DNA from: Candidatus Zixiibacteriota bacterium
GTDB taxonomy: Bacteria > Zixibacteria > MSB-5A5 > WJJR01
DNA length: 12,028 bases
Reading direction: 5' to 3'
NCBI GenBank assembly: GCA_036170655.1
Contig: JAVHPP010000098.1
Location: 1 to 12,028 of the forward strand
In this document: positions 1-6,882 of the stretch, piece after piece
Layout of the letters: every line of letters starts with the position of its first letter
Numbering within the stretch: position 1 is the first letter of the stretch
Position numbers and translations under genes: made by a program
The notes under the pieces: generated by a model
Databases searched by the model: none
The model's input: the letters and a program-made list of their open reading frames with translations, nothing else
What the model was told of the DNA's origin: nothing

Positions 1-129
1 CTTCTCGATAGACGGTTCGCCACCCCAAGGGATAACAATCACGAACTGGCCGGAGACAATACATCCGGCAAGGACGAGTATTGCGGTGATGCCTGTCAGT
101 GCGAGCGCGTGGCGTAAAAACCGTTTCAT
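1..129 (-). CDS. Putative lipoprotein, N-terminal 43 codons only (runs off the window)
   Basis: Not in the ORF track. ATG at 129 lies 8 nt after GGAGG (138-142). Translation MKRFLRHALALTGITAILVLAGCIVSGQFVIVIPWGGEPSIEK shows a basic N-region, a hydrophobic core and the lipobox LAGC. Confidence 0.85.
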   Translation of the reverse strand, partial: MKRFLRHALALTGITAILVLAGCIVSGQFVIVIPWGGEPSIEK

Positions 130-144
130 GGTCATCTCCTCCAC

Positions 145-693
145 CTATAAGATCCCGAAATAGTAGTTCAGTCCGCCCGTGATGTGCCCCCACTTGCGCG
201 AGGCGCCGCCCTTGACCTTCATCAGTTCACCGGAGGCGCGTGCCTCGATGCCAATGTGGCCGAGGCCAATCTCAAGGCCCATACCTGCATTCCACCCAAG
301 CTGGCTCTTGCTGTCCAAACCAGGTGCGCTCTCGTTGTAGTACTTCGCACCGATAAATGGGAAGAAGCGAAATCCGGTGACCGGCCCCGCACCGCCCAGA
401 ATCAGATTCACGCCAACGGCACTGTACTTGGCTCCCTTGAATGTCAAACCGGACAGATCATCGGTTTTCCAGTCTCCGTTCCGGAAAAACGTGACGTTGG
501 GCTCGAGGCCAAGCAGTCCCGCGAGCGAGAGTTTCAGATGCACACCAGCCACATAACCCCGCTCGGCATCCTTTTGGACAATGGGAATGTTGACACCGCC
601 AAAGCCGCCGATTCCCCACCCCGTAGCGTTGACGGCAGGCGCCGCGCCCGGCAATATCAATGCGAGCGCGGTGATAATCGTCCATTTCTTCAT
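145..693 (-). CDS. Outer-membrane beta-barrel protein (small OmpA/OmpW-like barrel), 182 aa
   Basis: Start reassigned to ATG 693 (MKKWTIITALALILPGAAPAVNA, a Sec signal peptide) behind AAAGGAG. Gly/aromatic-rich alternating strands (GWGIGGFGG, FFPFIGAKY, GWNAGMGLEI) and a terminal strand GGLNYYF. Confidence 0.8.
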   Translation of the reverse strand: MKKWTIITALALILPGAAPAVNATGWGIGGFGGVNIPIVQKDAERGYVAGVHLKLSLAGLLGLEPNVTFFRNGDWKTDDLSGLTFKGAKYSAVGVNLILGGAGPVTGFRFFPFIGAKYYNESAPGLDSKSQLGWNAGMGLEIGLGHIGIEARASGELMKVKGGASRKWGHITGGLNYYFGIL

Positions 694-723
694 CGTTGCT
701 CCTTTGTGAAACCGTTGCACTCC

Positions 724-729
724 ATTATA
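724..729 (-). promoter_or_regulatory. Candidate sigma70 -10 box (TATAAT) for the beta-barrel/lipoprotein pair
   Basis: Perfect TATAAT on the minus strand about 30 nt upstream of ATG 693. No good -35 at 17-nt spacing. Confidence 0.4.
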
Positions 730-802
730 CGCAATCAGGACAACTGGTCCTTCTTCGTCAATGGGAAAAGAGACGACCACACAGCCATGAGAGAGGCGCG
801 AC

Positions 803-1798
803 TCAGCTGGATGATGTCAGGATCCTCGTCCGCTGCATCTCGTCGAGCTCCAGAGAGTCGGCAAAAACGTCGAAATTGTGTCGGGCCAAGTTTTCCAGCA
901 GCGCCACATAGGTATCGACCAAGACAGTCAGGGCACCTGCATTCTCACGAGGCGCCGCCGCCAGAATCTCCTCCATGTGGCAGCGGCCACGCGCCAGATG
1001 TGTCTGTGCCCGATGGGATTCGAAACGCGCCAGACGAACATACGCCTCGCTCGCCCGGTGTTCCTCCTTCATGCGGTACAGGTCTTCAATGCTCAGATCA
1101 AAGGCATCCAAATCCGCCTGTGGCAGATAGACAAGACCGGAGCGCCCGACAGACAGATCATTGCCGACATCGCGGAGGATATGCACCCAATAACAGAAAA
1201 TCGCCAGGTCCTCGGTGGCTTGGGCAACCCGCGCATGATCCCAAGGACACTCGAAGCGGCCGGATTGCCTCGAAGGACTCATCAGCACCAGATGCGTGAA
1301 GACGACAGCCGGCGCGACCGACGCCCCGCTCATGTACCGGCGCAGGCCTGCCCAGTCGCGGAACATGGGCTGATGCAGATCGCTGACCATGGCCTGCGCC
1401 AGATTCTCCCAGGGATCGAGCGGTAATGCGAAGTGGTCAAACGTGTCCGCCAGCGCCAGCCAGACAGGTCCGGCGCCGACCTTCCCGGCATGGGCGTCGC
1501 GCACCAATTGCGACCATCGGCCGACCATATCCTCCGCCGCGCGGCGGGTCTTGTCTGTGAGAGCCGACCGATTGGGGATGTTGTCGACAAAGTCGTCGAC
1601 AAACCGCATCGAGGCGTAGGCGGCGGCAAATGCCCGACGCGTCTCGGGAAAAGCGAGATACTGCGCTGCCGCGTGCAGGTGCGGCTTGTCCCGGCACGCC
1701 ACCTGGTCGCAGATGGCATAGGCATCATCGACTTCGCTCCGATGTTTTCCCGCGTGCATCAGATCAAGTAACACATGAATGAGGTCTGGAGCAAACAA
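803..1798 (-). CDS. Squalene/phytoene synthase family protein (head-to-head trans-isoprenyl diphosphate synthase fold), divergent
   Basis: First Asp-rich motif YASMRFVDDFVD, a MVSDL segment, and second motif HILRDVGND followed by GLVYLP. Start is uncertain (TTG 1798 or ATG 1759); neither has a clear SD. Confidence 0.85.
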   Translation of the reverse strand: MFAPDLIHVLLDLMHAGKHRSEVDDAYAICDQVACRDKPHLHAAAQYLAFPETRRAFAAAYASMRFVDDFVDNIPNRSALTDKTRRAAEDMVGRWSQLVRDAHAGKVGAGPVWLALADTFDHFALPLDPWENLAQAMVSDLHQPMFRDWAGLRRYMSGASVAPAVVFTHLVLMSPSRQSGRFECPWDHARVAQATEDLAIFCYWVHILRDVGNDLSVGRSGLVYLPQADLDAFDLSIEDLYRMKEEHRASEAYVRLARFESHRAQTHLARGRCHMEEILAAAPRENAGALTVLVDTYVALLENLARHNFDVFADSLELDEMQRTRILTSSS

Positions 1799-1842
1799 AA
1801 CGGCCGCGGTTTACCGGGCTGATGACAAAGATGCGACCGCGC

Positions 1843-2067
1843 TTACCCGGGAATTGCCCCGAGGATTTCGCCATCTTCGGGAAACCGGCCGGCAACTTTC
1901 TTCGAAAAAATCAGCTTGCCGTTGACCGTCACGTCAAAAACGCCGCCCGCTCCCTGGATCAGTTCCGCGTCGATTCCGCGTCGATTCTTGAGTGTGGCCG
2001 CCAAACTGGAGGCCTGGGGCAGGTAGTTTCATTGACCGCAGTAGGTAATCGAAATTCTGCTCGGCAT
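1843..2067 (-). CDS. Rdx-family (SelW/SelT/SelH-like) selenoprotein, 74 aa, CxxU motif; TGA at 2029-2031 read as selenocysteine
   Basis: Manual translation: MPSRISITYCGQ-U-NYLPQASSLAATLKNRRGIDAELIQGAGGVFDVTVNGKLIFSKKVAGRFPEDGEILGAIPG then TAA (1843-1845). GAGGAGG SD (2076-2082) lies 8 nt before ATG 2067. Rdx hallmarks I-x-Y-C-x-x-U, GGxFxV, IFSK and GRFP continue in frame across the TGA. Confidence 0.93.
1996..2014 (-). promoter_or_regulatory. Candidate bacterial SECIS element
   Basis: Minus-strand GGCCUCCA-GUU-UGGCGGCC: 7 pairs with one U/C mismatch and an apical loop starting GU, 22 nt after the UGA. This fits the general bacterial SECIS model. Confidence 0.7.
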
Positions 2068-2091
2068 TCCTCATTCCTCCTCTGTTATTTT

Positions 2092-2119
2092 GAGTACCAA
2101 AGTTCAAGTCAATGCGCAA
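2092..2119 (-). promoter_or_regulatory. Possible sigma70-type promoter for the selenoprotein gene
   Basis: AT-rich stretch just upstream of the SD with TTGCGC-17 nt-TACTCA (preceded by TGn) and an overlapping TTGACT. Matches are imperfect. Confidence 0.3.
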
Positions 2120-2157
2120 TCATGGCACGAAGCGTTGATCTGTTCTGCAGGGACTTG

Positions 2158-2222
2158 CCATGCAGTCCATGCCGGTCCATGCAGTCCATGCAGTCCATGC
2201 AGTCCACGCCGTCAATCGTCCA
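2158..2222. repeat. 9-nt tandem repeat (TGCAGTCCA)n in the SDR-selenoprotein spacer
   Basis: Exact units at 2161, 2180, 2189 and 2198; a 10-nt variant TGCCGGTCCA at 2170; decayed copies CGCCGTCAA (2207) and TCGTCCA (2216). Confidence 0.9.
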
Positions 2223-2247
2223 CTCTCGTGCGAGAACCCTCCCCGGC

Positions 2248-3021
2248 TCAGTCGTCGCGATGAACCAGCGTGGACGAAGACTGGGCTGTCGGGAAGATGA
2301 TCATCTCGGTGATGTTGACATGCGGTGGACGGGAGGCGGACCACACGATGGCCTCGGCGATGTCCTCTCCGTGCAGCGGCGTAATTCCCTTGTACGGGAT
2401 CGCCGCTCGCTCCCGGTCGCCTTTGAACCGGACGACACTGAATTCGGTTTCCACCAAACCGGGGTCGATCGACGTGACACGAATCGGTGTGCCCGACAAA
2501 TCCATCTTCATCCCACGCGACAGCGCCCTGACCGCAAACTTGGTGGCGCAATAGACATTCCCGCCGGGATAAACCTCGTGACCGGCAATGGAACCCAAGT
2601 TGATAATGTGACCACGATTGCGCGCGACCATCCAGGGAATAACAGTGCGACTGACGGCTAAGAGACTCTTGATGTTGACGTTGATCATCTCGTCCCAATC
2701 GTCCAGCAGGCTCTCGTGGAGTTTCGACAGCCCGCGCACGAGCCCGGCATTGTTCACGAGAATATCGACGTCGCGCCAGCGGCCCGGCAACGTCTCCAGC
2801 TGACCGGCGATCTCCTTGTACTGCTGCAAGTCAACGGGCAAACAATAGCATTCGGTCTTATGCGCCTTTTTCAGTTCCGCGGCCAGCGCGTCGAGGCGAT
2901 CCGCCCGGCGGGCGATGAGAATCAGGCGGGTGCCCTCGCGGGCGAAGGCGCGTGCGGTTGCCAGACCGATACCCGACGAAGCACCGGTGATCAGAACGAG
3001 TTGATGAGTCAGACTGGTCAT
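2248..3021 (-). CDS. ydfG: Classical SDR oxidoreductase, YdfG-like NADP-dependent 3-hydroxy acid dehydrogenase, 257 aa
   Basis: TGASSGIG, ARR (NADP-type basic residues), NNAG and catalytic YCATK, plus YdfG-like segments YPGGNVY, TEFSVVRFKGD and PPHVNI. Start moved to ATG 3021 (GAAGGT upstream) to avoid overlap with the M16 gene. Exact orthology was not verified. Confidence 0.88.
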   Translation of the reverse strand: MTSLTHQLVLITGASSGIGLATARAFAREGTRLILIARRADRLDALAAELKKAHKTECYCLPVDLQQYKEIAGQLETLPGRWRDVDILVNNAGLVRGLSKLHESLLDDWDEMINVNIKSLLAVSRTVIPWMVARNRGHIINLGSIAGHEVYPGGNVYCATKFAVRALSRGMKMDLSGTPIRVTSIDPGLVETEFSVVRFKGDRERAAIPYKGITPLHGEDIAEAIVWSASRPPHVNITEMIIFPTAQSSSTLVHRDD

Positions 3022-3061
3022 CTCGATTACCTTCTTCCACCTGTTGAACCTTATCCCCGGC

Positions 3062-5689
3062 TTATTCCAGGTTCCCCACCGTTGCCAAGACACAGCTGCC
3101 GGTATTCAAGTACTTTCGTGCCACGCGCTGCACATCCGCCGGCTTTATGGCACGGACAGCCTCGGCCAGATGTTGCCCGTGATCGTACCCGACACCGGTG
3201 AACTCATCGACGCACATATAATAGGCCTGGTTCACACGGGACAACTGCGCCATCAGCGCCGATCCCCAGATTGAGTTCTGTGCGATCTCGACTTCCTCGG
3301 GTGCAGGGGGTTCATCCTGGAGACGTTTGATCTCTTTCAAGATGCCTTCTTTGGCCTGGGCGTAGTTCTTTTTCCCCGTTCCCATCGTACAGGCGTACCA
3401 GCCAAAGTCGCGATCGAACCGCACGAATGATCCGACGGAATAAGCCAGTCCCTGTTTTTCACGCAACTCGCCTCCCAATCGCGATGACAGAATTTGGTTG
3501 GCGACCATGATCGCCGATGCGTCGGCGTCGGCGGCTCCAGGCAACACTCCACCAAGATAAATGTAGACCTGCGCCTTCTCCATCGGTTTGTGCGTGACGA
3601 TCAGCCCACGAGGAGACATGGGCTTCGCCACAGTCACGCTGGAGGGCGTCCCCGTTGCAATCTTTCCGAAGCTGTCCTCCAGCAGTTTGAAGGCGCTTTC
3701 AACATCGAGGTTGCTGACGCATGTGAGAATCATGTTCGCAGGGGCATAGAGCGTATGGAGGTGCTTCTTCAGAACATCAGGCGTGAATCGCATGATGCTT
3801 TCGACCGTGCCCATAACCGGATGCGCGTAGGGAGCGCTGCCGAACAGCGAATCATAGAACAACTCCCGACAGGCCTGGTTCGTGGAGCCCGCGGACATCC
3901 CGAGGAGCCCCATCACCTGCTTTTGGGTCTTGGCCACTTCGTCGGGCGGGAAGACCGAATGATCCAGCATATCCGCCAGAAGGCCGGCCCCCGTCTGGGC
4001 GAACTCGTCAATCGTGGCAAATTTGATGAATGTGTATTGCGGTGTTGTGTAATGATCGTCATAGGGGATGTACGGATTGTCGTTGGTGGCCAGATCTGCG
4101 CCGATGGAAGTCAGCGTCCGGCTGATCTGGTCGGCGGTCCGTGTCTCCGTGCCGCTTTGGAGCATGCGGTTGACGAAATCCGAAATCCCGGTCAGCTCCT
4201 CCGGTTCACAGGCGGCACGGCCCTTCCCCAGGATGTTGATGGCAAAGACACGTGAATCGGGGTTGCTCTTGACGATTGCAGTCATGCCATTGGCGAGCGT
4301 CCGCTTTGCGTACGAGGCCAGCTTTGGCTTCGCGACGCCGCTGGCTGAATCGAATGCGGCCGCCTGCTTCGGTGTGACAATCGTGGCGACGTAGTTTTCT
4401 CCGCCGAGATACCGTGCCGCGGTCTGTCGCAATTCCCCCAACTTCACCCGTCCAAGACGATCGGGAAGTTCATCCATGAATTGGTATCCAGTCACCACCA
4501 TCATCGGTGCCTTCATGAGCGCGTAATAGTGCAGCTTCTCCCGGAGAAACAAGTCTTCAACCTTCAACCGGGTCACGATGGCCTGCAAATCCTCCGGCGG
4601 GACGTTCAATGACGGCAAATCGTGCATGACACGATCAATCACGGTTATGATCGTATCGGCCTTCGACGCGTCGCCCGATGTGATCGACAATCGCAGCGCG
4701 CTGAATTCTTCCTGCGATTCGAGAGACGCCGTGGCGCTCGTGGCAAGCGGATTTTCCCCTTCCGTGAGTGCTTTCTGCAAGGGCGACAGCGCGCGCTCAT
4801 TGAGGATCTCCGTGAGCAGCGTCAGCGGGAAGTATGAGGGATCGGTAAACACCGGCAGACGGAAATGAATATCGATATGTGTTTCAGCGATGCCGGCCTC
4901 GGTGCGCTTGATGGTCCGCCCAGCAACCGGGGAGATACTGATCGCGGGACGCGGCGGAATCGGCAGGGCCGGATGAAGTCCGAATGTGCTCTCCAGCGTC
5001 CTTTGCATGGCGGTGGCGCTGAAATCGCCGATCACCAGCATGATCATGTTGTTGGGCTGGTAATATGTGTGATAATAATCCATGACCTCCTGGCGAGGAA
5101 TCGTGGCGATCAGGTTCTCATAACCGATGACCGGACGCGCGTAGGGGCTTCCCTGATATGCCCAGCGATCGTGAAAGAGTTCGGCGATGTTGTCGGGCGT
5201 GTCGTTGTCTTTGCGGATTTCCTCGATGACGATCTTCCGTTCCTTGGGGAACCGATCCTCCGGGAAGATGGAATTGAATAACATGTCCTGCTGGATGTCG
5301 AGCGCTTCGCCGATGTACTCGGCGGGCACCAAAGACAGGTAGGCCGTCAGCTCCTTGCGGGTGAATGCGTTGATGTAGCCGCCCAAGTTCTTGATGCGGT
5401 CCGAAATCTGCTCCTGCGTCCGGGTCGCGGTGCCGTTGAAGAGCAGGTGCTCTAGGAAATGCGTGACGCCATTGTTGTAGTCTGTTTCGTACTTCGAGCC
5501 GGAGCGGACAAAGACAATCGACGCGATCATCGGGCTGGAGTGATTCTCTTTGAGAATGACATCCATCCCGTTGGACATCTTGTAGGTCGTGGTCGGGGCA
5601 ACTGGCTGCGTTTGTGCATGACCCAGCGCGTAAGCACCCACGGTCGCCAGCAGAGTCAAGATCACCACGCGGCGGTTCATCTGTCTCAT
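3062..5689 (-). CDS. Exported M16 (pitrilysin/PqqL-like) zinc metallopeptidase, 875 aa
   Basis: Signal peptide (RRVVILTLLATVGAYALGHA-Q), inverted zincin motif HFLEH, NAFT, and downstream ERKIVIEE. The C-terminal half lacks HxxEH but has LREKQGLAYSV. Strong SD AAGGAGG. Confidence 0.95.
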   Translation of the reverse strand: MRQMNRRVVILTLLATVGAYALGHAQTQPVAPTTTYKMSNGMDVILKENHSSPMIASIVFVRSGSKYETDYNNGVTHFLEHLLFNGTATRTQEQISDRIKNLGGYINAFTRKELTAYLSLVPAEYIGEALDIQQDMLFNSIFPEDRFPKERKIVIEEIRKDNDTPDNIAELFHDRWAYQGSPYARPVIGYENLIATIPRQEVMDYYHTYYQPNNMIMLVIGDFSATAMQRTLESTFGLHPALPIPPRPAISISPVAGRTIKRTEAGIAETHIDIHFRLPVFTDPSYFPLTLLTEILNERALSPLQKALTEGENPLATSATASLESQEEFSALRLSITSGDASKADTIITVIDRVMHDLPSLNVPPEDLQAIVTRLKVEDLFLREKLHYYALMKAPMMVVTGYQFMDELPDRLGRVKLGELRQTAARYLGGENYVATIVTPKQAAAFDSASGVAKPKLASYAKRTLANGMTAIVKSNPDSRVFAINILGKGRAACEPEELTGISDFVNRMLQSGTETRTADQISRTLTSIGADLATNDNPYIPYDDHYTTPQYTFIKFATIDEFAQTGAGLLADMLDHSVFPPDEVAKTQKQVMGLLGMSAGSTNQACRELFYDSLFGSAPYAHPVMGTVESIMRFTPDVLKKHLHTLYAPANMILTCVSNLDVESAFKLLEDSFGKIATGTPSSVTVAKPMSPRGLIVTHKPMEKAQVYIYLGGVLPGAADADASAIMVANQILSSRLGGELREKQGLAYSVGSFVRFDRDFGWYACTMGTGKKNYAQAKEGILKEIKRLQDEPPAPEEVEIAQNSIWGSALMAQLSRVNQAYYMCVDEFTGVGYDHGQHLAEAVRAIKPADVQRVARKYLNTGSCVLATVGNLE

Positions 5690-5833
5690 CGTTCCTCCTT
5701 TGCAATCGCGTTCCCATGCGAGCGCCCAATATAGACCTTACGCGAGGCGATTCGCAACGGATTCGGCGCCACAACGCAAGATCGCATAACGGCGCGAAAG
5801 AGTCGCGACCGCCCCGCGTACCAGCCCCAAGAA

Positions 5834-5852
5834 GCGGGTGCAAAGCACCCGC
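5834..5852 (-). terminator. GC-rich hairpin after the GT2 gene (possible terminator or REP-like palindrome)
   Basis: GCGGGTGC-TTT-GCACCCGC, a perfect 8-bp stem 15 nt after the GT2 stop, followed by only a weak U-tract (TTCTT). Confidence 0.45.
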
Positions 5853-5867
5853 CCTTCAGGATGAACC

Positions 5868-6656
5868 CTACTTTCGCAAACCAAACCAGAGGAGAAACAG
5901 CGGCTTGAGATTCTTCAGCCAATCGACCGGGCGGACCTTGGTGTACGATTCGGTTTTCTCGAAATCGTAGACTTTCGAGACAGGGACCTCGGCGACACGA
6001 AACTTGTGGGCGTTGACTTTGAACAAGAGATAGAATTCGATCTCGTAGGAAAAGCCCAACCATGGCTGGTTCCAGTCGATGCGCGGATCGGTCAAGAGCG
6101 AGATGCGGTAGGCACGAAAGCCGTTGGTCGCGTCGGTGAGACGTTTGCGCAGCGCCAGCGAGAAAGTCCACGTGTACATCTTCATCGCAATCCAGCGATG
6201 CACCGGCAGACCTCGGCTGAGGCCGCCCTTGGTGAAGCGCGACCCTTGGACATAGTCGGCCCGATCCTCCAGGATCGGCGCAACGAGCGGCGGGATATTG
6301 CGCGGATCGTCCTTGCCGTTTCCCGCCATCAACGTGAAGATATCGTACCCGTTCTTGATGGCGAAGTTGTAGGCGTTGCGGATGGCGGTGCCGGGGCCGA
6401 GATTCTTCCCGTGGGAGATGATCTCGACTTTGGGATGATCGACCGCACGGATCGCCTCGACCGAGCCGTCGGTGGAGCCATCGTCAACGATGAGAATGGT
6501 GTCGACGACGGCATCGACGGTGGCATCCTTGAATCGTTCGATCAGCGGACCGATCTTGCGCGCCTCGTTGTAGCAGAGGATGCAACTGACGACCCGTGGC
6601 TTCGCGGGTCGACGCGGAGTCTCTGGTGGCGATGCAAATAGGTCAGACTGCGTCAT
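5868..6656 (-). CDS. Glycosyltransferase family 2, DPM1-like (polyprenyl-phosphate glycosyltransferase), 262 aa
   Basis: CYNEA, IVDDGSTDGS, NLGPGTAIR, MAGNGKDDP at the usual MDADxQH position, VQGSRF, and TDATNGFRAY. Confidence 0.9.
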   Translation of the reverse strand: MTQSDLFASPPETPRRPAKPRVVSCILCYNEARKIGPLIERFKDATVDAVVDTILIVDDGSTDGSVEAIRAVDHPKVEIISHGKNLGPGTAIRNAYNFAIKNGYDIFTLMAGNGKDDPRNIPPLVAPILEDRADYVQGSRFTKGGLSRGLPVHRWIAMKMYTWTFSLALRKRLTDATNGFRAYRISLLTDPRIDWNQPWLGFSYEIEFYLLFKVNAHKFRVAEVPVSKVYDFEKTESYTKVRPVDWLKNLKPLFLLWFGLRK

Positions 6657-6671
6657 GGGAAATCGAAAACG

Positions 6672-6734
6672 GACCGCTCACGTTGAACTCCTTGCGGTAT
6701 ACCGTTCACGGTGAACTGCACACGGTGAACCGTA
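6672..6734. repeat. Degenerate 7-nt periodic repeat array (consensus nACnGTn)
   Basis: In register from 6672: GACCGCT CACGTTG AACTCCT TGCGGTA TACCGTT CACGGTG AACTGCA CACGGTG AACCGTA. CACG(G/T)TGAAC recurs at 6679, 6707 and 6721, at spacings that are multiples of 7. Confidence 0.65.
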
Positions 6735-6849
6735 CGGGCGGGTCCGTGACCCGACCTTTTCTTCAGGCAGCGGCAGGGCAAGTCTGAGACCCGTTCCGAC
6801 GCCGGAATCAGGGCACGATACGAAGGCGGACAAGAGTGTCCGCCCCACC
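6732..6849. repeat. Cluster of REP-like palindromes (degenerate REPIN-like doublet plus one clean REP-like unit)
   Basis: GTAC-GGGCGGGTC-CGT-GACCCGACC (6732-6756) and GGGCAAGTC-TGA-GACCCGTTC-CGAC (to 6800). On the minus strand, GTGG-GGCGGACA-CTCT-TGTCCGCC (6848-6825) is a GTRG tetranucleotide plus a perfect 8-bp stem. Confidence 0.65.
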
Positions 6850-6882
6850 AGAACCTGTCTCATGCTGTGATACATCACGAAC

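Noticed and set aside
184..1771. Long plus-strand ORFs (184-1299, 878-1426, 1433-1771) and similar antisense ORFs elsewhere
   Set aside because: They lie opposite well-supported minus-strand genes, as expected in GC-rich DNA, and have Arg/Pro/Ser-rich non-protein-like composition.
1963..1987. 11-nt tandem duplication TTCCGCGTCGA x2 inside the selenoprotein gene
   Set aside because: The frame and family motifs are intact on both sides, so there is no evidence of a frameshift. Treated as incidental.
2029..2031. Reading the TGA as a nonsense mutation (pseudogene) or as genetic-code reassignment
   Set aside because: It falls exactly on the redox-active position and is followed by a SECIS-like hairpin. 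Other genes here (803, 2248, 6883, 11352) use TGA as a normal stop.
1934..2119. 61-aa minus-strand ORF in the track
   Set aside because: It is a different frame overlapping the selenoprotein and has no recognisable motifs. The SD spacing and family motifs support the 2067-1843 frame.
2158..2222. Possible CRISPR array
   Set aside because: Units are 9 nt and contiguous with no spacers, and no cas genes are present.
1822..2661. 279-aa plus-strand ORF containing SMQSMQSMQ
   Set aside because: Antisense shadow of the selenoprotein and SDR genes. The peptide repeat is just the 9-nt DNA repeat.
3062..4300. Missing HxxEH in the second half of the M16 peptidase
   Set aside because: Normal for single-chain M16 enzymes, whose C-terminal half is non-catalytic.
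6596..6878. Short ORFs 6678-6878 (-) and 6596-6787 (+)
   Set aside because: They are translations of REP-like palindromes and heptamer repeats.
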